From: Rebecca billardiae RCC1528
Lineage: Eukaryota > Protista > Haptophyta
Direction of reading: 5' to 3'
NCBI GenBank assembly: GCA_965240325.2
Contig: OZ251227.1
Coordinates: 930,001-994,000 of the forward strand
Length of the DNA: 64,000 bases
Part shown: positions 1-9,915 of the stretch, in pieces
How the letters are laid out: each line of letters starts with the position of its first letter
Position numbering within the stretch: position 1 is the first letter of the stretch
Program-made: the position numbers and the translations under genes
Notes under the pieces: model-generated
The model's input: the letters and a program-made list of their open reading frames with translations, nothing else
What the model was told of the DNA's origin: nothing
Databases searched by the model: none

Positions 1-11
1 GCTGGGAGAAC

Positions 12-2561
12 TTGGGCAAGGATGGAGACGACGAGAACAGCGGCAAGGACGTGAACGGCCATCAGCCCGCCCCAGTTGCTCCCCTCATTGGGTTGAAGCC
101 AGGCGTGGCCGAGCGCGCGGCAATGCCGCGCGGCTCATCGGCGGTTGCGCGCAAGCGCACGCCAGACTACCTCGCGGCTGCCCTGAGGGGCATGCAGGCT
201 GAGAAGAACCGGCAAGGCGAGAAGCTCACGCTTCTCCGCAAGCCCATCTCCAGCGCCTCCGGGCCTGGCAACATCGCTGACCTGAACTCAGGCAGCATCG
301 TGTCGTATGCGCGCAATGCTGCATCGCACGCAAGGCCTCGAGCCGACATCAAGGATCACCTTGAGGAGGAGGTTCGCGCACAGCGCGGTGAGGAGGAGCG
401 TTGCCGCTCGCATCCCCCGCCATCGCGCCACTCCATCCGCACGCACGTCGTTGCGCAGGGGATCTCAACAACTACCGCCCGGGACTCTGCGCCCGCGAGC
501 GCGGTTCAAGAGCGCGCGGCTGAGAGCCCGCAGCTCAAGGAGTGCCTTGCGGCCTCCGAGTCATCGAACGAGGTCACCGAGCGTTCCGGGGCAGATGTAG
601 CGCTCGACGCTGCTGCCGCTGATGCCGCTCCGACCGTCGAGGCCCTCGAGCCTGCCGACGCTGCTCCGCGTGCTGGCCATCTGGCCGCCGCCTGTGACAG
701 CGCAGGTCGTGCCACCGCCGCAGTCAGTCTGCAGCCTCGCGCGCGTGACACTGTGTCTGAGTCTGACCGATCGAACGAGGACATTAGCACCGATGAGTGC
801 GACGCAAACGACCTGTATGGTCTGGCAGAGCAAACTATGCTCCAAGATGCTACGACACGTGACTCTGTCACAGCGAGCTCAAGCATCAAGTCAGCGGCCG
901 CATTTATTATTGATGCGCCTGACCCAAACAAATACGTTTACCCCAAAATTACCAGCCTCACGATGGCTTCCGAAGCCGAGCTGCTCGCCACGAGCGACAC
1001 AAGCAGCCGCGAGATGACCGCCGCAGAGACGGCAGAGTCCTCGTCTGGCACGTATCGACTCGCGTCGAACGTAGGAAGCGCATGCGATGCAGGGGGGGCA
1101 TCATACACCTGCTTGACGGCAAAGCCGCAGCAAAACCAAGTTGGCGAGCGCGACGCGCGTGCGCATGCATCAGCTGCGTCAGCCATCACAACGCCACACT
1201 CTTGCAAGGAAGAGTATTCCGCCGAAGCTGCCGCGGATGCACATGCATCACCGCTGGACAGAACGAGCGTGAAGAAGCCCAAAGAAGGCACCACAGCCTC
1301 GACGAGGGTCACTCCTCGCTCGAAGGTAGAGCGCGAATCGCCACAGAGCGCGCGCGACACATCGACCAATGCACTTGAGTCGAAGAAACGTGACTGGATA
1401 GTCATCGAAGGAGGAGTCACAGACTCTAATCCAACCAAGAAGGAACGTGTGTTCATGGCACGCGAATCCTCGGCAGGAGTGGATACACCCGCCACACACA
1501 AGCTGACACAGTCAGCTCTGAAATCCAAGCGCGCGGTACACAGCGCGATACGGGATGCACTCGCAGAAGTGAGCACCTACTACAAGGGCAAATCCTCAGA
1601 TGTCACACCTGACATAATGGAGCCCAAGGATAGCAAGCTATCCGGCTTTCAACTCATTGCCAAAGACAAATGGGTGAAAGACGCAGCCAAAATCGATCCA
1701 TACAAGGCTGACAACGCTGACGCCAACAAGATCGGATCGGTCTACGATCGATCTGCGGCAGCGATATTCAAGCAGCTGAAGGACTCTATCGAGCCTCAGT
1801 TATTCGCCTATCTGGAATCGAAGCTGCACATCAGCGATCCGACCAAGAACTACTTGGATCTGGCGCTGCTGCTACAGATATTTGAGCGCGAGCTCAAGAT
1901 CACAACTATGTCCGAACTCAGGGATGAATTCCTGAAGTTATACCCGACAAAGGTGTCGCCCATTGGCGCATCGGACATTATCAAGAAATCCGTCGAGCAA
2001 GTCCGCTCATCTCGATATGGGAATCTGGACGATGCTACGATGTTGGTCTTCAAGCTGTATAACAGCATGCACGACCATCCCCAAGTCTACGAGTCAGTTA
2101 TCTCGCACTTCGGAGCGCTCACGCCCGAGCAATGTGTGGATAACACTGACCAGATAATGGCCCAGATGGAAGATGCCTACAAACGGCACGGCTCAATGAA
2201 GCTACTCCATCAGAACAATACCAAGGGGAGAGAGACCGAAAACTATTCCAAGATACGCCAAAATGCTGATTATCAGCAAGGCACGCGGCGACGCGGTGAC
2301 TTTGAGGGCGCCGAAGTCTTCGCCGCTCAGGCCCAAAAGGCTCCAGCCAATGGCGAGAGCGGGCCGAATAACTCGGACACCGGCAAACGGTGCACTCACT
2401 GTGGTCTCAAGAACCATACTGCCCAGCAGTGTTGGAAGCTCCACCCAGAGCTACGCCCCAAGGCCAACAATTACAACAAAGGCAAAAACAAGGGAGCCAA
2501 CAAATTTCCCAAGGAGCGTATCCATTTCCTGGATATTCCTGCTCCGGATGCCTATGATTAA
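12..2561 (+). CDS. gag: Gag-like polyprotein with C-terminal CCHC zinc knuckle (probably N-terminally incomplete)
   Basis: CTHCGLKNHTAQQC-WKLHPELRP is a CX2CX4HX4C knuckle with a copia-like WxLHP tail; long disordered N-terminus; no protease, integrase or RT follows. Confidence 0.75.
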   Translation: MGKDGDDENSGKDVNGHQPAPVAPLIGLKPGVAERAAMPRGSSAVARKRTPDYLAAALRGMQAEKNRQGEKLTLLRKPISSASGPGNIADLNSGSIVSYARNAASHARPRADIKDHLEEEVRAQRGEEERCRSHPPPSRHSIRTHVVAQGISTTTARDSAPASAVQERAAESPQLKECLAASESSNEVTERSGADVALDAAAADAAPTVEALEPADAAPRAGHLAAACDSAGRATAAVSLQPRARDTVSESDRSNEDISTDECDANDLYGLAEQTMLQDATTRDSVTASSSIKSAAAFIIDAPDPNKYVYPKITSLTMASEAELLATSDTSSREMTAAETAESSSGTYRLASNVGSACDAGGASYTCLTAKPQQNQVGERDARAHASAASAITTPHSCKEEYSAEAAADAHASPLDRTSVKKPKEGTTASTRVTPRSKVERESPQSARDTSTNALESKKRDWIVIEGGVTDSNPTKKERVFMARESSAGVDTPATHKLTQSALKSKRAVHSAIRDALAEVSTYYKGKSSDVTPDIMEPKDSKLSGFQLIAKDKWVKDAAKIDPYKADNADANKIGSVYDRSAAAIFKQLKDSIEPQLFAYLESKLHISDPTKNYLDLALLLQIFERELKITTMSELRDEFLKLYPTKVSPIGASDIIKKSVEQVRSSRYGNLDDATMLVFKLYNSMHDHPQVYESVISHFGALTPEQCVDNTDQIMAQMEDAYKRHGSMKLLHQNNTKGRETENYSKIRQNADYQQGTRRRGDFEGAEVFAAQAQKAPANGESGPNNSDTGKRCTHCGLKNHTAQQCWKLHPELRPKANNYNKGKNKGANKFPKERIHFLDIPAPDAYD

Positions 2562-2829
2562 CTATCAAGGCAGGGCATGACCCAATAACAAGGTCCAAAA
2601 TCAAGGCCAAAGAGTGAACATATGGTGCAAATAAGCCCAGGACTGACTCGGGTTACCCAAAACCGTCACACGGAAGTCCCAGCACATGACCCGTATCCTG
2701 GCATTGGCAACCAGCATTACTGACTCCAATTCACTCATGCACACAGATGCACAAACAATACCAAGCCCAAAATCACTCATAATCCAAGCTTAGTCCTCAC
2801 AGACGAGCGCATATTGGATTGAGGGGGGG

Positions 2830-3151
2830 TGTCAAAGGAATCGCCAATCTACAGTGATTTCCAATTTCCAATCCAACATTTTACTCGCAGTCACACAGTG
2901 GCGGCGCGACCGCTGCGGCGGCGCTCGCACAAAATCCTCCAAAATCGACCTGAACCTCATCCTAAAATACAGCAGGACAGCATGGCTGGCGGCGACCTGG
3001 CGGCGACATCTCGAAGTATTCCAGATGATTCTGAATGAACGCGGAAACATGAGCCGAGCACCACGAACTCGCTGAGCTCACCACCGCAAACAAGAGCCGA
3101 AGCCGTCGACCGACCTCGCGACCGTCAAGCCTCGAGACGCGTTCCCTGACA
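2830..3151 (+). repeat. 3' LTR (about 322 bp)
   Basis: TG...CA termini with imperfect inverted repeat TGTCAaaGGAA / TTCCcTGACA, preceded by a PPT; candidate TSD ATTAC at 3152-3156. Confidence 0.75.
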
Positions 3152-3392
3152 ATTACTTACTATCCTAAAGTAACGTCCACTAGAGACGCAATCATTGGCA
3201 GCGATATGCTCTCAAATTGAAATGCGCCTTTCACACCTTTAATAAATCCACCTACGTCCGACCAAAAAACCTAAAATCCTGCGCGCATCCTCTTTTTGAT
3301 TTTGCGGAGCACGTGCGCCGCCCCCGCCGGCTTTCGCTCACGCTCAGACCTTTCGGGGGGGGGGGGGGGGGGGCGTGCGGCGCGTGCGCCAT
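3152..3392 (-). mobile_element. Family-A Helitron2/Helentron-like element, terminal portion (copy A0, interrupted by the LTR element)
   Basis: Aligns with 7109-7325 (ATTACTTACTATCC...CCTGCGCGCATCCTCTTTTTGATTTTGCGGAGCACGTGCGCCG...GCTCACGCTCAGACCTTTCG(G)nCGTGCGCCAT). Confidence 0.8.
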
Positions 3393-3796
3393 GATACTAA
3401 CAAAACCGTTGCATCACTGAGTCGACATCACATTGTTTGTATCAGTCGTTTACACCATCTTATCGGCATTCTTTGACACAATGGTAGCTTAGACGGTTTC
3501 TATGTACTAACAGTTCATTACTACGTGTCCTCACCTGGTGTCCAGGGGTACTCGGCACCGAGCGAGATCTTTGGAGATCGCTGCTCGACAACGGCGGCAG
3601 TGGCAACTGGCACCGTGGGCGGGGCAGCAGCAGCAAGTTTTTTTTCAAATCGTCCGCTCGCGCCACGGTCGGCAGTGCTTCCGCCTCGCCGCTGCTTTCA
3701 ATTCATATCGTCCGAGCCGGAGGGGGTGTCCGAGCCGGAGGGTCGCGCTGAGCGGTGTGGACGTCTGTCTATGGCTGGCGGCTGGGCTGCTGGTCC

Positions 3797-5413
3797 ATGA
3801 TGCACGAGCATCAGGAGCAGGCGCCGGCGCCTGCAGCCCATGAGGCTGAGCCACCGGCAGCGGCCCCAGGGGGTGCCAACAGCCCACATGCGCCGGTGCA
3901 GGCCGTCTACGTCCGCACGATGGGCAGCTTGCCGGGTACATCGCGGCTGACAGCCAACGCCGAGCACCTGACGGCGCACTTTGTGCCCGTCTACTCGGAC
4001 CAGACACCCCGGCGACGAGACACTGGGCCCGAGGCATCGACTGCCGGGCAGACGCCATACACGGGCATGGTGGCGAGCTCCGTGGTCGACACGACGCCGC
4101 GTCCCCTGGGCGGCTCGCTCGCATCGTCTGGCTCGTTCTCCCCCTCGCCCGCGACGAGCGTCGCCGCTGACCCGGCTGAGGACGGCGGCGGGCTCGGAGA
4201 TGTTTTCGATGCAGACAGTGCGGCGGACAGTCCCGCGCCGGAGGCCGCGCCAGAAGCCACTCGGCCTCGTCGGAAGCGGCCTCTCGGGCTGTGCGCCCTC
4301 GTTCTGTGCGTGTGCTGCGTGTGTGGCGGCACGAGCATGTCCATCCTGCTGCTCGTGCTGCACGCGAGGAGCGTGCAGGTCGACACCTGGTCTTACAGAG
4401 AAGGGCTGCACGGCGGGCCGAGGGTCGTCGGGCCGATACCGGGAGGATACGTCGCGAGCGCGGCGCACATCGACTCGCCTCCCACCCCGCCGCCATTCAG
4501 CCCGCCCACACCACCGTCGCCGCCCGTCCCCTGGCTTCCACCGCCGCCGAGCCCCTCCCCTCCTCGCCCGCGCCCTCCCCCACCACCAAGCCCGGCGCCA
4601 CCACCGCCGCATCCATCGCGCCCGCCGCCCCACTCGCCACCACAGCCGTCGCCTCCACCCCCGCCCATTCCGCCGTCGAGCCCGCCGCACGTTGGCAGCG
4701 GCCGACACCGTCGCCACCGCAGGCGGCGCGAACGTGGGCCGCCGGAGCTGTGCCACGGTTTTGGCTGCAGAGCCGACATCTACCAGGCCGGGTACGAGCA
4801 CAAGAGCGCAGACTTCCGCCTCGAGGTCTTCTCGACGAGTGATCCGGGCGCCGTCGCGGCGGTGGTGGACTTCACATTGTACGTCAACCTCTCCCAGCAG
4901 CTGCCGCAGAGCGCCAGCCTCGTGCGCTTCGGCGGCCAGACGCTGAGCACGCGCCCGACATTGTTTGCGCACTGCCCGGACTTCGGGCCCTACGACATGC
5001 TGCCCTCGTACGGCACGCTCAGCTTGTGGTCTGTCGGCCAGAAGCTCGTCCTATCGCAGGACGCGGCGGTGCGCTTCACGCCGAGGCACTGCGTGGAGGG
5101 GCAGCACCTGGACGAGGTGGAGTTTGCTTCGTTCGGAGGCCGCTGGGGCGTGCGGTACGGCCCTGCCAACACCTCACACGGCCACGCCGCGTCGCTCCGA
5201 ACGGGGCCATGGACGTGCCACCGCGGCATCGGCAAGTGTCACGAGCCGTGTTATGCCAACGAGCATCTTGGCCACTGCACAGAAGCGTGCTTCGAAAGCA
5301 TGCAGGTCGACGACGCCGCGTACACCCTAACTCATCTGGACGCATCATCATCTGCTGGTGCTGACGACGACGATGCCAGCGGCAGCGCCCAGCCAAGTGG
5401 CAGGCGAAGATGA
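3797..5413 (+). CDS. Hypothetical type-II membrane protein with Pro-rich (PPSPP) stalk and Cys-rich C-terminal domain
   Basis: Long ORF; hydrophobic segment after RRKRP; poly-Pro/Ser linker typical of algal surface proteins; ATG at 3797 chosen. Confidence 0.65.
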   Translation: MMHEHQEQAPAPAAHEAEPPAAAPGGANSPHAPVQAVYVRTMGSLPGTSRLTANAEHLTAHFVPVYSDQTPRRRDTGPEASTAGQTPYTGMVASSVVDTTPRPLGGSLASSGSFSPSPATSVAADPAEDGGGLGDVFDADSAADSPAPEAAPEATRPRRKRPLGLCALVLCVCCVCGGTSMSILLLVLHARSVQVDTWSYREGLHGGPRVVGPIPGGYVASAAHIDSPPTPPPFSPPTPPSPPVPWLPPPPSPSPPRPRPPPPPSPAPPPPHPSRPPPHSPPQPSPPPPPIPPSSPPHVGSGRHRRHRRRRERGPPELCHGFGCRADIYQAGYEHKSADFRLEVFSTSDPGAVAAVVDFTLYVNLSQQLPQSASLVRFGGQTLSTRPTLFAHCPDFGPYDMLPSYGTLSLWSVGQKLVLSQDAAVRFTPRHCVEGQHLDEVEFASFGGRWGVRYGPANTSHGHAASLRTGPWTCHRGIGKCHEPCYANEHLGHCTEACFESMQVDDAAYTLTHLDASSSAGADDDDASGSAQPSGRRR

Positions 5414-5646
5414 CGACTGATCGCTCGCCCATGATGATGATGACCGTTTATGACGACGACTCGTCAGCAGCTCAGCCGCCGCCGGCCCGCCGTACCGTTC
5501 CGACGCTGCGGTAACAGTATACTGCCTTCTGTAGTACTGGCAGCGGTAGCTACTCATAAGCTAGCGCCTAGCCAGTAGCCGTATTGTGTCTTGTGACAGT
5601 TCGGTGTCACACTCGTCCGTCACGAGTTCACTGAAACGTCCGCGAC

Positions 5647-5735
5647 TATATATTACTATATCTATATCTATATCTATATCTATATCTATCTATATATATA
5701 TAGATATAGATATATATCTATATATATATATATAT
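5647..5735. repeat. (TA)n/(TATATC)n microsatellite
   Basis: Direct reading; abuts the family-A terminal hairpin. Confidence 0.95.
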
Positions 5736-7325
5736 GATCGGCTACGCCGATCTTCGGGTACTGTGAACAACGAAGTTGATGGCGCACGGCCCTGGTAGTT
5801 GTCGCGTTCTTCACCGAATCACTACTCTCTACGATGCGCGCGCCCGGCGCCGTCGCCGTGCAGGAGGCGCGGGCGCGAGTACTGATCCGGACTCGATCGA
5901 CGGCCTCGGGGGGCTGGGCCGTGTCGAACTCGACGCGCAGCAGCCGCAGCGCCTCCGCCCGGTGCGCTTCGGGCAGCCCTGCTGTGGCCGCGCGCAGCGC
6001 TGAGATCGCGCTCGGCAGCCCGCCCGTCAGCCTCGCACAGCCTCGCGCGCCGGCGGGATCGGCGCAGCGTCGGACAAGCTCGCGCAGCTCGTCGTCGGCG
6101 TCGGCGGGGAAGAGCGTCGCGAGCAGCCGCGGCTCGAGCCTGTCTACGATGTCCCGCAGCCGCAGCAGCCGCTCCTTGCACGCCCTCGGCGTCTTCCCCT
6201 CGAATGCGGGGCACGCGCGCTGCGAGGTCGCGTGCAGCACGTGCGCCGATACTGCGACTGCAGCAGCTCACACGCCGCGCACCGCGCGCGTGGCCGTGAT
6301 GGGTCGGCACAGCCCAGTCAAAGACACGGCATCGTATCGCCCTCTGGCCGCCAGCAGCATCAGCACCTCTGCCGTCTGCGAGCGACTCGTAGTTGCAGCA
6401 GCAGCCGCCAAGAGCTTGCACAAATAAACTGCGCGACGGGCGCGCCGACGCGCGTGGACGCGGGTCGGCACCGGGGCGGGGCGCGAGGGGGGAAAGAGGC
6501 ACGAATGCGATGCCGACGGCCGTTGGGACCCACCGCAGCCGCGCGCACCTGCGCTGAGTCTGTCGGATTGAACGATCGTGCGGCGGCGCCTACATGGGCA
6601 GTGGCGGCTTTCTGCGGAGCCTGCTGCCCGCCCGTCAATGCGAGAGCCACACAAAGGCCGTACCATGGCATAGTATTAATCACGAAGGGAGATATTATGA
6701 AGATTTGTCCGCTCAAGTTTATCGTTCATATTCGTCAAGCTCTCCCGGACGCGCCGGTATTAAATGGGAGAGAATCAAGGGTCGTGCGTGAAGCGGTAGA
6801 AATTCTTATGCTCATGAGATTTCAGGCCCGTCAATGTATCAGTAGATCGATGACCAAAAGTATAGTTAGTATATCAGCAAGTGTAGCTTGATAACCGTAT
6901 GATACCAGGGCGCGCGGGAACGTCGATTCAAGCTACCCGCGCAATACCATATCGCGTCGCTTTGATGAATCTGAGGAGTGAACAGCTTACAGCTATCCAG
7001 AGAATTAGTTCGATATATCACCTTTTTTATGGTCAGTTCAACACACGAATCTTGACTATCAGAAAGGTATCAGAGTTGACTTCGTCCTATTGGATTCCGA
7101 TTTCTTCTATTACTTACTATCCAAAGATTAAGGGGCAGTACAAACGCAATCATGAGCAGCGATATGGGGTCTCTATGCTGCGGTTTCACACCTAAATCCA
7201 CCTACAAAAATCCCCCAAATCCTGCGCGCATCCTCTTTTTTGATTTTGCGGAGCACGTGCGCCGCCCCCCCCCGGCTTTCGCTCACGCTCAGACCTTTCG
7301 CCTTTCGGGGGGGCCGTGCGCCATA
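5734..7325 (-). mobile_element. Family-A non-autonomous Helitron2/Helentron-like element (copy A1, about 1.6 kb) with gene-like cargo
   Basis: Hairpin GATCGGC-TAC-GCCGATC at 5736-5752; 14-bp asymmetric inverted repeat ATGGCGCACGGCCC (5779-5792) / GGGCCGTGCGCCAT (7311-7324); same ends at 24030-24717, 63388 and 3392. Confidence 0.8.
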
Positions 7326-8331
7326 AGCCTAAGGGCCTCCCGTACTAACTAACCCGCATCATTCGGCATTGTCACTTACAGAATTCCCGTATACATACAA
7401 CTGGTATACTCGTCGTCACGGTATAACTGTTAGAGGTAGCTATCCTACAGGGTCTCCAACATTAATTAAACTGGACACTTTGGGCAGCAGCTCAGCGTAC
7501 GGCCTGTGGCTGCCTCGGGCGGGGTCAGGAGCGGCCAGCTCGGCTCGTGTGCACCCCACTAGGTCTGTCTGCGACCGCGCATAGCCGGGCAGCCCGCGTT
7601 GAGCACCCCTCTAGGTCATGCGGACAGTCGGCACAAGGCTGGTCGTGAGGGCCGTGAAGCAGCCGTGCCCGTGTGGCTTCTGCGCATGCGGCATGTCTGT
7701 AGCCAGCAAGCCCGCTCAAGGCCGCGCAGATATTATTACGTGGCATTGTCGGTGACTATGCGACATGCGCTCGACAGCCCTGGGCAAGCCCGGGCGTGGC
7801 GCTACACCAGGAGTATATACGGCCCGATCGGACATTCGGACCAGGCTACCAGTTGCGCACCTCTCTTGCACAGCTGCTGCACAGCCAGTCGATCGGCTCT
7901 GGCCGTGCAGGCAAGGGCTACAGTCGGCGCCACTACCCGCAGCGAACGCTGGAGGCCCACCAGTGCGCGCACCACCCCGCCCGCCGCCAAATGCAACCGT
8001 GCGCCAGATACGAATTTTAGCAGGCATGCCACCTGCGGGGGCTCCGTGGACCTGTTCAGAGCCAACCGCTAGTCGGTTGAGCTGTACATGCAAGCCAGCC
8101 CTGGCCACACGCTGAGCGCGCCGCTCGCTGCAACCACATCCTGTCGTCATCCGAGAAGTAAGGTCCATGGCGCTACTGCGAGCCTCTGGGCCTGGCCCAT
8201 CTCATCGTCAGCAGCCGTAGTCAGCAAAAATCAGTGTCCGAACATTGAACAATTGTTGGGGACCCTGTAGTATAAGTAGTGACAGGGAGACAGCAGCCTC
8301 GTCAGTCGTCGTGGGGGCTTTTGCGTGTCCG

Positions 8332-8450
8332 AGTGGTTAAGTACTCGGCGCAAAGCTTAACATAACGCGGTTCCTTCCGGCGGGTTAATTTAAACGCGGG
8401 TTTGTTCTTTAGCCCGGTGTTGTTCCTTCACCATCGAGTACTTAACCACT
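8332..8450. repeat. 119-bp segment bounded by a perfect 16-bp inverted repeat (mini-MITE-like)
   Basis: AGTGGTTAAGTACTCG at 8332-8347 / CGAGTACTTAACCACT at 8435-8450. Confidence 0.6.
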
Positions 8451-8461
8451 TTAAGCTTTAG

Positions 8462-8582
8462 GGCAGGGGGCTGGCCAGGGTAGGGCTGGAGGCTTCGGCC
8501 CCCAGTCGAATCAGGAGAGCTGCGCCCTCGTGCCTGTGTCTTTAAATCATAGAATTATAGTCTGATCACCTGGAGCCCGTTA
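8462..8582 (-). repeat. Dispersed repeat family B fragment; continues at 10246-10264 after the Helitron and contains a 51-bp insertion at 8508-8558
   Basis: Reverse complement of about 25043-25122; a further copy at 47858-47933. Confidence 0.8.
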
Positions 8583-8670
8583 TCTACTCTACTTAATCGT
8601 GTGAAGTGAATCTGCGCGGCAGGTGCGCCCGGAATACGAAAATGCCCACAATTCGGACTTTACCTATGAA

Positions 8671-8760
8671 AAGTCAGCGGATCGACGCTTTTTACTCCGA
8701 AAGTCAGCGGATCGAGGGGTTTTACTCCGAAAGTCAGCGGATCGCCGGCTTTTACCCCGC
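8671..8760 (+). repeat. 30-bp tandem repeat x3 inside the Helitron
   Basis: AAGTCAGCGGATCG-n4/5-TTTTACTCCGA units at 8671, 8701 and 8731. Confidence 0.9.
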
Positions 8761-9369
8761 GTACCCGTGGTTGGGACAGTCTTCGCACATATTTGCTGCG
8801 ACAGTAGATAGTGCCAATCCACGTGTGAGGTATGCGTTTGTCCTTTCCTGCTTGAGTTGCCGCTATTATTTGGGCCCCGCGCGGCCATGAGTATTGTTCA
8901 ATATATGGGGGTACAGCTGCGAGGTACAAGTATTCAACGCAGGGGTCGTATTCGTCGATCGATTACAGCCGACGCGACTCAAGTTAATTGGCGGCTCATT
9001 ATTTGAACAGCAACCGCGATGATAGTCGCTCGTCAAGAGGGGCCCGCTCCAAAGAAATAGAGGGGGCGCTCGGGCCAGGCTGACCGCCGTGACGGGAGGT
9101 CGAGATGCCACCGCGGGCGCCGCGGGGCTGCGACCGAGGGTGTGGACCGTCGGGGTGATGTGTGAGCAAGATGTTCACGCCCTGTCACCTGCAACTGTCG
9201 ACGGCCGTCCTCCACCTGCACCTCGCCTGCACCTCACGACCGGGTGCCCGGATGACCGATCTGTAACGCTCGACGAGTGATCCCGACGGCTCGACGAGTG
9301 ATCGAGTGATCCGCACGACGGGCGTCGCTTGCAACTGATCACGGCCGCTCTCCTGCCCGGCGCTCAGGA

Positions 9370-9915
9370 GGCGCACGCTTGATGCGTGTCCTGCGCGGTT
9401 GTCACCTAACGACCTGCCCCGGCGGTTGCAACTCTCTACATCTCTCGACGGAGTGGCGCGCCGCCGTCCGCGTTGCTCGACTGGATCTGCGCACCGGGCC
9501 TCGCCTGCAACTGTTTTGATGCGTGCCATGCCCTGCGCGGTTGGCACCTGGCTGCCTGCCCCTGCTGCTGCAACTCTCGACGGCGGCGCGCCGATCAGTG
9601 TTGCTCGACTGGATGTGCGCACCGGGCCTCGCCTGCAAGTGTTTACGGCCGTCCACCAGCCCTACGGTCCGAGGCTCAGTCGGCGCGCGCGCTTGATGCG
9701 TGCCGTGCCCTGCGCGGTTGGCACCTGGCTGCCTGGCCCTGCTGCTGCCGAACTCTCGACGGCGGTGCGCCGAATCAGTGTTGCTCGACTGGATTACTGC
9801 GCACCGGGCGTCGCCTGCAAGTGTTCAGTACGGCCGTCCACCAGCCCTACATACACGGTGCGAGGCTCAGTAGACAGTAGGGGCGCGCGCTTGATGCGTG
9901 CCCTGCGCAGTTGTC
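9370..9915 (+). repeat. About 150-200-bp tandem repeat, roughly 3.5 copies, inside the Helitron
   Basis: Recurring TTGATGCGTG..CCTGCGCGGTTG.CACC / AACTCTCGACGG / GTTGCTCGACTGGAT..GCGCACCGGGC.TCGCCTGCAA. Confidence 0.85.

Larger units (their letters stand above)
1..3151 (+). mobile_element. Ty1/copia-like LTR retrotransposon, gag-only (non-autonomous); 5' end lies upstream of the window
   Basis: Long ORF ending in a copia-type zinc knuckle; polypurine tract GAGGGGGGG at 2821-2829 directly followed by TGTCA at 2830; TGACA end at 3147-3151; homology to family-A repeat (7109 onward) resumes exactly at 3152. Confidence 0.8.

Noticed and set aside
5686-6240. Functional Myb/SANT gene
   Set aside because: Lies inside a repeat, lacks a proper start, and the paralog at 63480 onward is frameshifted; treated as captured cargo
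5734-7325. Fanzor/omegaRNA locus
   Set aside because: No TnpB/RuvC ORF in the window; only the Helitron2-like ends are seen, so this remains a search suggestion
8671-8760. Possible CRISPR-like repeat-spacer array
   Set aside because: Variable part only 4-5 nt, three units, eukaryotic context, no cas genes
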